From assembly GCA_964350785.1 (NCBI GenBank), contig CAYGMD010000002.1, positions 215-64,214 on the forward strand: a stretch of DNA of 64,000 nt, given 5' to 3'. Position numbers and translations under genes: made by a program. This document shows, one piece after another, positions 1 to 11,458 of this stretch (the first letter of the stretch is position 1; the number at the start of each line of letters is the position of its first letter). This stretch comes from an uncultured Acidobacterium sp. Its GTDB lineage: Bacteria; Acidobacteriota; Vicinamibacteria; Vicinamibacterales; UBA2999. The notes beneath the pieces are model-generated. The model was not told the DNA's origin, did not search any database, and saw only the letters and a program-made list of their open reading frames with translations.

Positions 1-897
1 CAGGCCGATGAGTTCCGCATCGTCGTGACCGGCGGCAGTTCCGCTTACGGCTACGGCGCGCAGTGGGACGAGGCGATCCCGGCGCGGCTCGAGCAAACCC
101 TGGCGGCGCGGCAGGCATCGCCGGCCGTCCGCGTCGTCAATCTTGGCTACAACAACGAAGGCGCGTATTCGTTCAAGTTCACGTTGAACGACTACCTGTG
201 GCTCGACTACGACCTCGCGATTCTCTACGAGGGCTACAACGATCTGCTGGGTGATTCGTCGCCGCCGAACACGCAGGTGTTTCGCCACGAGTCGCCGGTC
301 TACCGGCTGACCGGGTATCTGCCCATCTTCCCGATCGTGTTTCGCGAGAAGGCGGCGGCGCTGTTGTCGTCGGGCAACGCTGGCGCGGCCTATGCCCAGG
401 ACCAGAAGACCGTGTTCAGGCCGGGCCTGGCGGCGCGCGGCACTGCCGGCGTGTTGAACGCGGTGGCCGGTGTCAGCGACGCCCTGGAGCAGCAGATCAA
501 ACGCGTCGCCGACGAGCCGGCGCGCACGGTGACGGTGTCGCCGTCCACCGGTTGCCAGTATCCATGGCAGACCTACTGCCAGTCGGTCTTTGACGCCGTC
601 CAGTTCGCGGTCTCGAAAGGCAAGCGCGCGCTGGTAGTGGGCCAGCCGCTGTTTGCGCCGGGCAACGCCCGCCACGCCCGCCAGCTGACCCAGCAACAGG
701 AACTGGCCGGGATGATGACGCGCCAGTTCGCGGGACGCGCCGATGTCGGCTATGTGAGCGTGGGCACGGTCGTCGATCTCGGCAACCCGGACGACTCGTT
801 CGACGGAATGCACCTCACGCCGAAGGGCAACACGGCGGTCGCCGCGGCACTCGCGCCGGCGGTTGTCGAACTGATGTCGCGGACCGAGCGCCGCTGA
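1..897 (+). CDS. SGNH/GDSL-family hydrolase/esterase, 5'-truncated at the window edge
   Basis: Frame 1 is open from nt 1 (QADEFRIVVTGGSSAYGYG, block I-like). YEGYNDLL matches block III GxN and DGMHLTPKGN matches block V DxxH. The ORF track lists 25..897. Confidence 0.6.
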   Translation, partial: QADEFRIVVTGGSSAYGYGAQWDEAIPARLEQTLAARQASPAVRVVNLGYNNEGAYSFKFTLNDYLWLDYDLAILYEGYNDLLGDSSPPNTQVFRHESPVYRLTGYLPIFPIVFREKAAALLSSGNAGAAYAQDQKTVFRPGLAARGTAGVLNAVAGVSDALEQQIKRVADEPARTVTVSPSTGCQYPWQTYCQSVFDAVQFAVSKGKRALVVGQPLFAPGNARHARQLTQQQELAGMMTRQFAGRADVGYVSVGTVVDLGNPDDSFDGMHLTPKGNTAVAAALAPAVVELMSRTERR

Positions 898-903
898 GAA
901 TTC

Positions 904-1296
904 ATGACCAAGACCCACGCCAATCCTGAGCGCGCGTTCGGCCTGTCGGTCGGCACCGTGCTGATCCTGATCGCGGCGTTCGCCGTCTGGCGCGAGCGTT
1001 ACCTGGCGGCGGAAATCCTGGGCGGCGTGGGCGCCGTCCTGGTCGTGCTCGGTTACCTGAAGCCGCTGTGGCTGTATTGGCCCAGCAAGGCCTGGTGGCG
1101 CATGGCGCTCGCGCTTGGCTACGTCAACGCCCGGGTCATCCTGACCGTCGCGTTTGGCGTCCTGCTGGTCCCCATGAGCGTGGCCTGGCGGCTCATTGGC
1201 CGCGACCCGATGGCGCGGCGCCAGGCCAACTGGCGCGGCTGGACCGAGTATCCGCCCCGATATCGCGACCGCAACCACTACTCGCGAATGTACTGA
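904..1296 (+). CDS. SxtJ-like small membrane protein
   Basis: 130 aa with two hydrophobic helices, then a WRLIGRDPMARR...W tail as I recall for the SxtJ family. It lies immediately upstream of DUF5989 and a carbamoyltransferase, which is the usual synteny. Confidence 0.55.
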   Translation: MTKTHANPERAFGLSVGTVLILIAAFAVWRERYLAAEILGGVGAVLVVLGYLKPLWLYWPSKAWWRMALALGYVNARVILTVAFGVLLVPMSVAWRLIGRDPMARRQANWRGWTEYPPRYRDRNHYSRMY

Positions 1297-1303
1297 GGAG
1301 ACC

Positions 1304-1462
1304 ATGGCAAAAAGTCGCGTGCTCAAAGAGTTCTGGCAGTTCCTGATGGCCGAGAAGAAATACTGGCTGCTGCCGATCGTGATCGTGTTCGTGCTGTTCG
1401 GCCTGCTGATTGTGTTCTCACAGACCAGCGCCGTCGCGCCCTTCATTTACACCCTGTTCTAG
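1304..1462 (+). CDS. DUF5989-like 52-aa single-pass membrane protein
   Basis: Internal ATG of ORF 1196..1462, preceded by GAGGAG. MAKSRVLKEFWQFLMAEKKYWLLPIV...SAVAPFIYTLF matches my recollection of the DUF5989 consensus. Confidence 0.7.
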   Translation: MAKSRVLKEFWQFLMAEKKYWLLPIVIVFVLFGLLIVFSQTSAVAPFIYTLF

Positions 1463-1466
1463 CCGC

Positions 1467-3365
1467 GTGCCCACCCGCATCCTCGGTGTCTCCGCCTACT
1501 ACCACGACTCGGCCGCGTGCCTGGTCGAGGACGGCCGCATCATCGCGGCGGCGCAGGAGGAGCGTTTCACGCGCAAGAAGCACGACGCCGCCTTCCCGTC
1601 GCGCGCGGTCGCCTATTGCCTCGCCGAGGCCGGCATCACCGCAAGCCAGGTGGACCACGTGGGCTTCTACGAGAAGCCGCTGGTCAAGTTCGAGCGCCTG
1701 CTGGAAACCTACGTCGCGTTCGCGCCGGCCGGCTTGCGGTCGTACCTGATGGCCATGCCGCTGTGGCTCAGCGAGAAGTTGTGGATGGCCGACGACATCC
1801 GCGACCACCTCGAGGGGTTCGAGGGCGACGTCCTGTTCGGCGAACACCACGAGTCGCACGCGGCCTCGGCGTTCTACCCGTCGCCGTTCGAGCAGGCGGC
1901 GGTGGTGACCATCGACGGCGTCGGCGAGTGGGCGACCTCGTCGATTGGCGTCGGCAAGGGCCATGACCTCGAGATCCTGCGCGAGCAGCGCTTCCCGCAC
2001 TCGCTCGGCCTGCTCTACTCGGCGTTCACCTATTTCGCCGGCTTCAAGGTCAATTCCGGCGAGTACAAGGTGATGGGCCTGGCGCCCTACGGCGAGCCCT
2101 CGTTCGTCAAGACCATCAAGGATCACCTGATCGAGATCCGCGGCGATGGCAGCTTGTGGATGAACCAGGATTACTTCACCTACGCCGCCGGCCTGACGAT
2201 GACGGGCTCGAAGATGGAGCAGGTGCTGGGCGGACCGGCGCGCACGCCGGAGAGTCCGCTCACGCAGCGCGAAATGGACCTGGCGCGATCGATCCAGGAG
2301 ATTACCGAAGAGGTCATGCTGAAGATGACCGCCTTCGCGCACAAGGAAACCGGCCTGCGCGACCTGTGCCTCGCGGGTGGCGTCGCCCTGAACTGCGTCG
2401 GCAACGGCCGCATCCTGCGCGAGGGTCCGTTCGACCAGGTCTTCGTCCAGCCGGCGGCCGGTGACGCCGGGGGCGCGCTGGGGGTGGCCATGAGCATCTG
2501 GCATCGGCACCTGAACCAGCCGCGCGTCAGCCCGGAGTCCGCCGGCACTTGGCAACGCCCCGCCTTCGCCAAGGCTACGGCGGGCAAGCCCCAAGTCCCA
2601 AGCCCCAAGTATTCCGACGGCATGAGCGGCTCCTTCCTTGGTCCCCGCTTCAGCGAAGCCGAGATCCAGGCCTTCATCGACAGCCGCGGCATCGTGGCCC
2701 GGCGATGCGAGCCCTCGGCGGTCGCCGATGAAGTGGCGGCGCTGTTGGCGTCGGAGAACGTCATCGGCCTGCTGCAGGGCCGCATGGAATTTGGCCCGCG
2801 GGCGCTTGGCGGCCGGTCGATCATCGCCGACGCGCGCTCGGCCAAAATGCAGTCGATCCTGAACCTGAAGATCAAGTTCCGCGAGTCGTTCCGGCCGTTT
2901 GCGCCAACCGTCCTGCGCGATCACGTCGCCGAGTGGTTCGAGCTCGACGGCGACAGCCCCTACATGCTGCTGGTGGCCGACGTCGCGGCCGCGAGGCGCC
3001 TGCCGGTGCCGGCCGAGGCCGGCTCGCTCTGGGGGATTGAAAAGCTGAGCGTGCCGCGCTCGACCGTGCCGTCGATCACGCACGTGGACTTCTCGGCGCG
3101 CATCCAGACCGTGCGGCCGGGCGTCAATGGCCTCTATTACGAGATCGTCGAGGCGTTCAACCGGCGGACCGGCTGCCCGGTGATCGTCAACACCTCGTTC
3201 AACGTGCGCGGCGAGCCCATCGTGTGCACGCCGGAAGACGCCTACCGCTGCTTCCAGCGCACGCACATGGACGTCCTGGTGCTCGAGAACTTCATCATCG
3301 AACGCTCCGCGCAGGGCCCCATGCCCGTTGACGAGTCCTGGAAATCCGAGTTCGCTCTTGACTGA
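1467..3365 (+). CDS. NodU/CmcH-family carbamoyltransferase
   Basis: ILGVSAYYHDSAACLVEDGRIIAAAQEERFTRKKHD N-terminus, then the VNTSFNVRGEPIV C-terminal motif. GTG start at 1467 lies 5 nt after the previous stop. The ORF track extends to 1410, probably spuriously. Confidence 0.9.
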   Translation: MPTRILGVSAYYHDSAACLVEDGRIIAAAQEERFTRKKHDAAFPSRAVAYCLAEAGITASQVDHVGFYEKPLVKFERLLETYVAFAPAGLRSYLMAMPLWLSEKLWMADDIRDHLEGFEGDVLFGEHHESHAASAFYPSPFEQAAVVTIDGVGEWATSSIGVGKGHDLEILREQRFPHSLGLLYSAFTYFAGFKVNSGEYKVMGLAPYGEPSFVKTIKDHLIEIRGDGSLWMNQDYFTYAAGLTMTGSKMEQVLGGPARTPESPLTQREMDLARSIQEITEEVMLKMTAFAHKETGLRDLCLAGGVALNCVGNGRILREGPFDQVFVQPAAGDAGGALGVAMSIWHRHLNQPRVSPESAGTWQRPAFAKATAGKPQVPSPKYSDGMSGSFLGPRFSEAEIQAFIDSRGIVARRCEPSAVADEVAALLASENVIGLLQGRMEFGPRALGGRSIIADARSAKMQSILNLKIKFRESFRPFAPTVLRDHVAEWFELDGDSPYMLLVADVAAARRLPVPAEAGSLWGIEKLSVPRSTVPSITHVDFSARIQTVRPGVNGLYYEIVEAFNRRTGCPVIVNTSFNVRGEPIVCTPEDAYRCFQRTHMDVLVLENFIIERSAQGPMPVDESWKSEFALD

Positions 3366-3413
3366 CACCGATGGCCCAGAGCCGCAGATGACACAGATGA
3401 CGCGGATCACGAA

Positions 3414-4194
3414 GTGCTGAGCGATCAGCCCGAACGCATTTCGTGGGCGGCGTACTGGGAGCTGCTCATGAACCTCACCCGCCGCGAGGTCATGGGTCGC
3501 TACACCCAGTCCATTTTCGGCGTTGGCTGGGCCATCGCCCAGCCGCTGGCGACGATGGCGGTGTTCACGCTGGTGTTTTCGCGGCTGGCGGCGATTCCCT
3601 CCGGCGGCGCGCCGTATCCGCTGTTCGCCTATGCGGCGCTCGTGCCGTGGTTCTTCTTCTCCAACTCGGTCAACTCCGGCACGCTCAGCCTGATCACCTA
3701 CCGCAACATCGTCACCAAGACGTATTTCCCTCGCGAGATCGTGCCGCTGGCGCAGGTCGGCTCGCGCCTGGTGGACCTGGCGGCGTCGGCCGGGCTCTAC
3801 GCCCTGCTGATGATTTACTACGGAATCGGGCTGGGGCCGTGGGCGCTGCTGTTGCCGCTGTTCATCCTCATGCTGGTGGCGTTCGCCGTGGGCGTCACGC
3901 TGGTGACCTCCGCGGTCAACGTCTTCTACCGCGACGTCAACCCGGTGGTGCAGATCGGGTTGCAGCTGTGGCTGTATCTCACGCCGGTGGCTTATCCGCT
4001 GTCGGCCGTCAGCGAACAGTACCACCCGTTCTTCATGTTGAACCCGCTGACGGCGATTGTCGAAGGCCTGCGGGCGATCCTGGTGTTCGGGCGCGCACCC
4101 GACTGGACGCTGGTCGCCACCTCGGGTGCCCTGATCGCGACCTTGCTGGTGTTCGCGCTCGTGATGTTCAAGCGCATGGACAAGTATTTTGCCG

Positions 4195-4205
<11 letters not shown>
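3414..4205 (+). CDS. wzm: ABC-2 type polysaccharide exporter permease (Wzm/TagG-like)
   Basis: 263 aa. The LMNLTRREVMGRYTQSIFGVGWAIAQPL signature of ABC-2 permeases is followed by about 6 hydrophobic segments. The ATPase gene is adjacent. Confidence 0.85.
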
Positions 4206-5474
<1,269 letters not shown>

Positions 5475-5478
<4 letters not shown>

Positions 5479-6929
5479 GCGGCACCGGTCCCACCGTGCT
5501 CGTGTCGGTGCCGCATGGCGGCGCGGCGGGCAACATCCTGCGCACCGGCGTCGTGTCGCGCGTGCTCGACTCGTCGCCAGCCGTGCGCGTCGTGCTGGTG
5601 TCGCCATTGGTGAAGGATGCGGGCTTTGCGAAGGAGTTCACCCACCCGCGCATTGTCCTCGAGGACCTGCCGGCGCACCGGCCCGTGGGCCTTGAAGCGA
5701 GGTTGATGGCCCTGGTGCAGGCCGCCTACCTGGATTCGGGCGTGACCGAGTCGGTGAAGATTCGCCGCGCCGAGGCGCTGGCAAAAGGATCGGTCCGCTG
5801 GGTCAAGGCCAAGAAGCTGATTGCTTCGATCGTGTCGCCCTCGCTGGTACGGCCGGCGACGCGGTATGACCTGAGCGACCGCCTCGTGTCGCATCCGTGG
5901 GCCGAAGCCTTGTGCGACCGCTATCAGCCAGCGATGCTGGTGGTGTCGAATCCCGGGTTGATCCTGTCCGAAGTGCCGATGCTGCGCGTGGCGGCCAGGC
6001 GCGGGATCCGCTCGGTGGCGGTGGACCCGAGCTGGGACAACTTCACCAACAAGCTGATTCCCGTGCGGCGCGTCAATCGCCTGATCGTGTGGAACGACCT
6101 GATGAAAGAGCAGGCGGTGGCGCTGCACGGCTACCTGCCGGACGAGATTCGGCTGGCCGGCACCCCGCAGTGGGACCTGTATTTCCAGCCCGGCGTGCTG
6201 ATGCCGCGCGAGGCGTTCATGCGGCAGGTGGGCGCCGATCCGGCGAAGAAGCTGGTGACGCTCACGACGAGCCCGGCCGAGCTCTACCCGCACTGCGATC
6301 ACGTGATCAACACGCTGGTGGCGGCGCAAGCGGCCGGCCGGTGGGCGCATCCCACGCAAATCCTGGTGCGCGTGCATCCGCGTGACGACCGCGCCCGCTA
6401 CGCCGAGTTCGACCACATGCCCGGCGTGATCATCGAGAAGCCGTTCCGGCAGACCGTGCGCGCGGGGGATGGCATGGCGGTGGACGTCACGGCCGACAGC
6501 CAGCGGCATCTCGCCAACACCATGGCGCACAGTGACGTGATCGCGCAGGTCGCCTCGACGATCGCCATCGAAGCGGCGATCTTCGACACGCCGATCGTCA
6601 ACATCTCGTTCGACGGCGCGACGCCCGCGCCGTTCGTTCGCTCGGCCCGGCGGTACACCGAGTTCACGCACTTCGTGAACATCCTCAAGCGCGGTGCGGT
6701 GCGCGATGCGCGCACCCCGGAGGCCATGGTGACGCACATCGGCGACTATCTCGACAATCCGTCCCTCGACCGCGAGGGACGCCGCCAGGTGGTGCTGGAT
6801 CAGTGCCAGTTCCTGGATGGCCGGGCCGCCGAGCGGGTGGCCCATTTCGTGTCCGAAGCCCTCAGTGAAGTCGCCGGAACGCCGGTGCCTGCAACCCCAT
6901 GTGCGGAATCGCTGGTTTCGTCTCGCTAA
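5475..6929 (+). CDS. GT-B-fold polymer-synthesis enzyme (TagF- or KpsS-like); family uncertain
   Basis: 484 aa with two Rossmann-like halves. ILVRVHPRDD and HSDVIAQVASTIAIEAAIFDTPIVNISFD resemble the C-terminal half of CDP-glycerol glycerophosphotransferase or capsule-synthesis proteins. GTGA overlap with wzt. Confidence 0.4.
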
Positions 6930-8782
6930 CCGGTAAGCCGGCCGAACCGGCCCGCCTGGCCGCGATGGTGGGAACCTTGCGCCATCGCGGTCCCGACGAT
7001 CACGGCCTGTACACGGATGGCCCGGCCGCGCTCGGTGCGGCGCGACTGAGCATTATCGACGTGGCCGGCGGCCACCAGCCGATCTCGATCGATGGCGGCG
7101 CCATCACCGTGTCGCAGAACGGCGAGATCTACAACTACGTCGAGCTGCGCGCGGAACTGGAACGGGCCGGCCGTCATACCGCGACGGCGTGCGACACCGA
7201 AGTCATCGGCCACTTGTATGCCACTGAAGGCATCGCCGGCTTCAAGCGGATGCGCGGGATGTTTGCCGTGGCGATCTGGGACGCGCCTCGCCGCCGGCTG
7301 GTGCTCGCGCGCGACCGCGTCGGCAAGAAGCCCCTCTACTACTACCGGCACAACGGCGAGTTCCTGTTTGGATCCGAGATCAAGGCGATGCTCGCGGTGC
7401 TCGACAAGGCGCCCTCCGTCAATGCCGGCGCCCTGCTCGACTTCTTCACCTTCGGCTACGTGGCCGGCGGGCAGGCGATCTTCGAAGGCATGCATCGCCT
7501 CGAGCCCGGGACCGCGCTGATCGTGGACACCGCGGCCGGCACCGTCACCCAGGAACGGTACTGGAGCTGGCCGGACGGCGCCGTCGAGGACCGTCGTTCC
7601 GAGGCCGACGTGATCGACGCGCTGCGCGCCGAGCTCGACACCGCTGTGCGCATCCGCCTGCGGTCGGACGTGCCGCTGGGCGCGTTCCTGAGCGGCGGCA
7701 TGGATTCAGCGGCGGTGCTCGCGTTGATGGCGCGTCACTCGACCCGGCCGGTGCAGACGTTCACCATTGGCTTCGGTGATCCTGCCTATGACGAAGTGAC
7801 CGAAGCGCGCAGCACCGCGGCCGCCTTTGGCGCCGACCATCACGAGCAGATCGTCACGCCCGATGCGGTCAAGGTCGCCGAGGTCCTGGCGTATCACTAC
7901 GACGAACCCTTTGCCGACGCGTCGGCGATTCCGACCTATTACGTGTCGGAGCTCGCCCGGAAGCACGTGACGGTGTGCCTGTCGGGCGACGGCGGCGACG
8001 AGCTGTTTGCCGGCTACACCCCGTATGCCGATGCCCTGAAGCGCGTCGGCTCCACCGGCGAGCGCGCCCTGCGCACCATGATTCAGGCCGGTGCGCGCCT
8101 GGTGCCCGTGCACGCGCGCGGCAAGGGCCGCCTCAGCACGATGGGCCTCGGCCCCGAAGGCTGGTTCGTGTGGCGCCGCACCGTGTTTCCCGATTACCTG
8201 CTCGAGGCCGTGGTGGCCCCGGATGTCGTCAAGTCGGCGACGCTGCCTGAGCGCGCCGCGGTCGATCAGATTCGCGACGCCGACGGCACGCTGCTCTCGC
8301 GCTTGCAGCACTGGGATCAGCAGCACTACCTCGTCGACGACATCATGGTGAAAGTCGATCGGGCGACGATGGCGCATTCGCTGGAGGCGCGGTGCCCGTT
8401 GCTGGACCACCACGTGATCGAGCTGGCCGGCGCGCAGGCGTCGGTTCGCCACGGCGATGCCCAGACCACGAAGCGGCTGTTCCGCAAGGTGATCGAGCCA
8501 TGGGTGCCCGCGGCGGTGCTGACCAGGCCGAAGCGGGGTTTCGGTGTGCCGCTGCGCCGCTGGTTCCAGGAAGGGATGATCCGCTGGGCCCGCGAGATTC
8601 TCGCCGACCCGCGGACCCAGCAGCGTGGCTGGACCCAATCGGCCGAAGTGACCGCCATGCTGGTGCAGCACGAACAGGGCAGCCGCGACCATGCCAAGCG
8701 CATCTGGGCCCTCGTCTGCCTCGAACTGTGGGCGCGGCAGCATGTGGACCGTGTCCAGTCGGATGCCCGCGCATGCGCGTAA
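6899..8782 (+). CDS. Asparagine synthase (glutamine-hydrolysing)-like amidotransferase, copy 1
   Basis: MCGIAGF Ntn nucleophile start and a GAT-II domain. SGGMDSAAV is the PP-loop (SGGxDS). 627 aa. Confidence 0.9.
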   Translation: MCGIAGFVSLTGKPAEPARLAAMVGTLRHRGPDDHGLYTDGPAALGAARLSIIDVAGGHQPISIDGGAITVSQNGEIYNYVELRAELERAGRHTATACDTEVIGHLYATEGIAGFKRMRGMFAVAIWDAPRRRLVLARDRVGKKPLYYYRHNGEFLFGSEIKAMLAVLDKAPSVNAGALLDFFTFGYVAGGQAIFEGMHRLEPGTALIVDTAAGTVTQERYWSWPDGAVEDRRSEADVIDALRAELDTAVRIRLRSDVPLGAFLSGGMDSAAVLALMARHSTRPVQTFTIGFGDPAYDEVTEARSTAAAFGADHHEQIVTPDAVKVAEVLAYHYDEPFADASAIPTYYVSELARKHVTVCLSGDGGDELFAGYTPYADALKRVGSTGERALRTMIQAGARLVPVHARGKGRLSTMGLGPEGWFVWRRTVFPDYLLEAVVAPDVVKSATLPERAAVDQIRDADGTLLSRLQHWDQQHYLVDDIMVKVDRATMAHSLEARCPLLDHHVIELAGAQASVRHGDAQTTKRLFRKVIEPWVPAAVLTRPKRGFGVPLRRWFQEGMIRWAREILADPRTQQRGWTQSAEVTAMLVQHEQGSRDHAKRIWALVCLELWARQHVDRVQSDARACA

Positions 8783-9930
8783 CCATGCTCGTGCGCTGCC
8801 TCGCCATGATGCGTGGCGGCGGCGAAACGCGTCACCTGAACTGGATGCGCGAGCTGAGGGCGCTCGGCGTCGAGGTCGACGTGATCACGGGGCAGCCGCT
8901 GCTGTTCGGCGGCCCGCGTCACCCGCCGGCCGGCGACGGCGTGACCGTACTGCGCTCGCCGTACCTGCGCGACGCCGTCTATCGCTGGCAGCACACCCGC
9001 GGCTTTGGCCGCCTCACCATGAATGCGCTGCACTGGGATGAGGACTGGTTCTGCCGGGCCGCGTGGCGCCGCATCGCGGCCCGGACCGAGCGGCCCGACA
9101 TCGTGCACGCGCATGCGCTCTACCAGGCGGCGAGCGTGCGGCCGGTGAACATCCCCGTCGTGATCAACTTTCCCGGCGAACCGCACCCCAGTTACCTGCC
9201 CGCCATCCGGCAAGCGGATGCGCTGGTGGCCGACGGGTGGGCGGCGGAGCACCTGCCGGCGATCATCGGCAAGCCGGTCCACGCCGTGCCGAAGGGCGTC
9301 GATGCCGAGCTGTTCCGGCCGTCCGGCGCCAACCTGCGGCAGGCCCTGAACCTGGCCGACCGCCGCATCGTCTTGTCGGTCGGCCGTTTCGTCCCCATCA
9401 AGAACATGGCGCTGCTGATCGACGCGTTGGCACAGATGGCGCCGGCGGATCCGCGCCTGCACCTGTTGCTGGTGGGCGAGGGCCCTGAACTGCAGGCCTT
9501 GCAGGAACAGGCCGCCCGCCTGGGCGTGACCCGCGCCGTGACGTTCGCCGGCTACGTGCCGCAGTCGGAGATGGCGCCGTATTACCGAACCGCCGACCTC
9601 TTCGCGCTGGGGTCGGACTTCGACAACTCGCCGAATGTCGTGCTCGAGGCCATGGCCTGCGGCCTGCCCGTGGTGGCCACCGACGTCGGCGGCGTCGCCG
9701 AGTATGTCGTCCCGGGCCGCGGCGGCGATCTCGTGCCGCGCCGCGACGCGACGGCGATGGCGGGCGTGCTGGGCGACTGGCTGTCGAGCGCCGAGCGCCG
9801 GCGCGCCGCCGGCGCCTTCAACCGCCAGCGCGTGGTGCAGGAGTTCTCGTGGCGGGCGAGTGCCGGCCGGCTGCTTGACGTCTATCGCGCGGTCCTGCGG
9901 GACCGGCAGCCGATGCAGGCGAGCGCATGA
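8773..9930 (+). CDS. GT4-family glycosyltransferase
   Basis: Internal ATG of ORF 8392..9930 (MRVTMLVRCL...). C-terminal half has FALGSDFDNSPNVVLEAMACGLPVVATDVGG, the E-x7-E region of GT4. Confidence 0.85.
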   Translation: MRVTMLVRCLAMMRGGGETRHLNWMRELRALGVEVDVITGQPLLFGGPRHPPAGDGVTVLRSPYLRDAVYRWQHTRGFGRLTMNALHWDEDWFCRAAWRRIAARTERPDIVHAHALYQAASVRPVNIPVVINFPGEPHPSYLPAIRQADALVADGWAAEHLPAIIGKPVHAVPKGVDAELFRPSGANLRQALNLADRRIVLSVGRFVPIKNMALLIDALAQMAPADPRLHLLLVGEGPELQALQEQAARLGVTRAVTFAGYVPQSEMAPYYRTADLFALGSDFDNSPNVVLEAMACGLPVVATDVGGVAEYVVPGRGGDLVPRRDATAMAGVLGDWLSSAERRRAAGAFNRQRVVQEFSWRASAGRLLDVYRAVLRDRQPMQASA

Positions 9931-10739
9931 AGGTCGCGCTGCGAGACGATGACACGTGTTACTTCACGTCGCCGGAGACGCTCGAGCGCGTGTACCACGA
10001 CGTGTGGGATCGCCTGCCCGTGTGCCTGGCCACCGTGCCGTTTGCCATCGGCTACGAGCGCAAGGGCATTCCGCCGGAGCACTGGCATTCGGGCGAGGCC
10101 TTTGCCATCGAGAAGAACGCGGCGCTCGTCCCGTTCCTCAAGGACCAGATTGGCCGCGGCCGCGTGAGCATCGCCCTGCATGGCTACACGCACCAGGACT
10201 ATCCGGACGGCTACGAGTTCCAGGCCGCGCCCGATCCCGAGCGGCGCGTGCGCGAGGGGCTTGGCTATTTGAAGGCCACGCTGGGGGCGCCGATTGCCCT
10301 GTTCGTGCCGCCGCACAACGCGATCTCGAGACGTGGCATGCAGGCCGTCGCCGGCGAGGGCCTCAACCTGCTGGGCTCGTTCCTGTCGTTCCGGCCGTCG
10401 ATGCGCGCATGGGATGCGAACACGCTGGGCAACTGGTGGCGGATCCGGAGTTACCGGGCGGCCACCGGCCGCTCGAAGCGCGACGCCATGGTTTACCCCC
10501 ACGTGTTGCGCTATGCCCGCCATGCCGAGTTTGGTTGCCACAGCCTGATCCCGGGCACGACGGTTCAGGAACTGGTCACGGGTTTTGAAGAGGCACGCGC
10601 CGCGGGCGGCGACTTCTGCGTCGCGACTCACTACTGGGAAGTCGATCAGGCGATCAAGGACGTGCTGCTGCGCTTCCTCGACCACGTCGAGCGCGTGCCC
10701 GGCGTCCAGCTGGTGAAGGCCGAGTCGCTGTTTGAATGA
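9927..10739 (+). CDS. DUF2334 / NodB-superfamily polysaccharide deacetylase-like protein
   Basis: MKVALRDDDTCYFT and ALHGYTHQD motifs (Asp pair plus a His-containing HGYTH motif). 270 aa. Confidence 0.5.
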   Translation: MKVALRDDDTCYFTSPETLERVYHDVWDRLPVCLATVPFAIGYERKGIPPEHWHSGEAFAIEKNAALVPFLKDQIGRGRVSIALHGYTHQDYPDGYEFQAAPDPERRVREGLGYLKATLGAPIALFVPPHNAISRRGMQAVAGEGLNLLGSFLSFRPSMRAWDANTLGNWWRIRSYRAATGRSKRDAMVYPHVLRYARHAEFGCHSLIPGTTVQELVTGFEEARAAGGDFCVATHYWEVDQAIKDVLLRFLDHVERVPGVQLVKAESLFE

Positions 10740-11458
10740 CCATGGCTGAGCGAACGCCCTGGGCCGAGAAGGCCGCCGCACTCTACGATGCGCCTTACGC
10801 CGAGCGCTACCGGGCGCACGACGACGGGCTGGCGGAGAGCGGGCCGTACCTGGGCTTTGTCGCGTGGCTGCAGCGCGTGTGCGGGCGCTACACGGCGCCG
10901 GCCGACGCCCTGGAGATTGGCTGCGGCACCGGCCGTTACTTCAGCGCGCTGCACAACGTGCGGACGCTGGTCGGCCTTGATGCGTCGCCCGCGATGCTGG
11001 CCCTGGCGGCGCACCCGTTTCGCGAAGAGGCGATCACCGTCGAGCGCGTGACCCTGGTGGAGGGGGATGCGCTGGCGCACGATTTTCCGGCCGGCAGCTT
11101 TGATCTGGTCTATTCGATTGGCGTGCTGGCCGAGCACGTGCCCCTGCAGGCGGCGTTGGTGGGACGGGTCCACTCGTGGCTGCGCCGCGGCGGGCGGTTT
11201 GCGTTTTCGACCGTGCACCCGGCCTCACCGTCGGTGCCGCAGACCGCCGCGCGACGGCTGGGGTCGGCCCTGATGCCGTGGGCGCCCGGTCCGCTGCACG
11301 CTTATCTGCGCGGTCGCTACCTGGCCGCCGGGCTCTACGCCGATGAGCCGTATTTGCGCGCGCTGCTCGCCGATGGTTTCGAGATCGAGTCCATGGAACG
11401 GTTTGTGTCCGAAGCGCACCTGCATTGCCTGTGCGTGGCCCGCAAGGTGAACCGATGA
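10736..11458 (+). CDS. Class I SAM-dependent methyltransferase
   Basis: Motif I LEIGCGTGRY, then FDLVYSIGVLAEHV and GGRFAFST. Confidence 0.8.
   Translation: MTMAERTPWAEKAAALYDAPYAERYRAHDDGLAESGPYLGFVAWLQRVCGRYTAPADALEIGCGTGRYFSALHNVRTLVGLDASPAMLALAAHPFREEAITVERVTLVEGDALAHDFPAGSFDLVYSIGVLAEHVPLQAALVGRVHSWLRRGGRFAFSTVHPASPSVPQTAARRLGSALMPWAPGPLHAYLRGRYLAAGLYADEPYLRALLADGFEIESMERFVSEAHLHCLCVARKVNR

Noticed and set aside
2586-2610. A short direct repeat, aagccccaagtcccaagccccaagt.
   Set aside because: It lies inside the carbamoyltransferase CDS and simply encodes the KPQVPSPK low-complexity insertion. It is too short and isolated to be a regulatory or CRISPR-like repeat.
3385-3401. An 8-nt direct repeat, cagatgac-a-cagatgac, in the 48-nt gap before wzm.
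   Set aside because: It is very short and has no partner elsewhere in the window. It could arise by chance, and nothing supports an operator or attenuator role.
8392-8772. N-terminal extensions in the ORF track. Examples are 8392 for the GT4 gene, 13445 for the next GT4, 18432, 33125, 34228, 36532, 37725, 45745 and 58845.
   Set aside because: The extensions overlap the preceding, well-supported gene in a different frame and are Arg/Pro/Ala-rich. In each case an internal ATG, GTG or TTG at the upstream stop codon gives a protein that begins where family homology begins.
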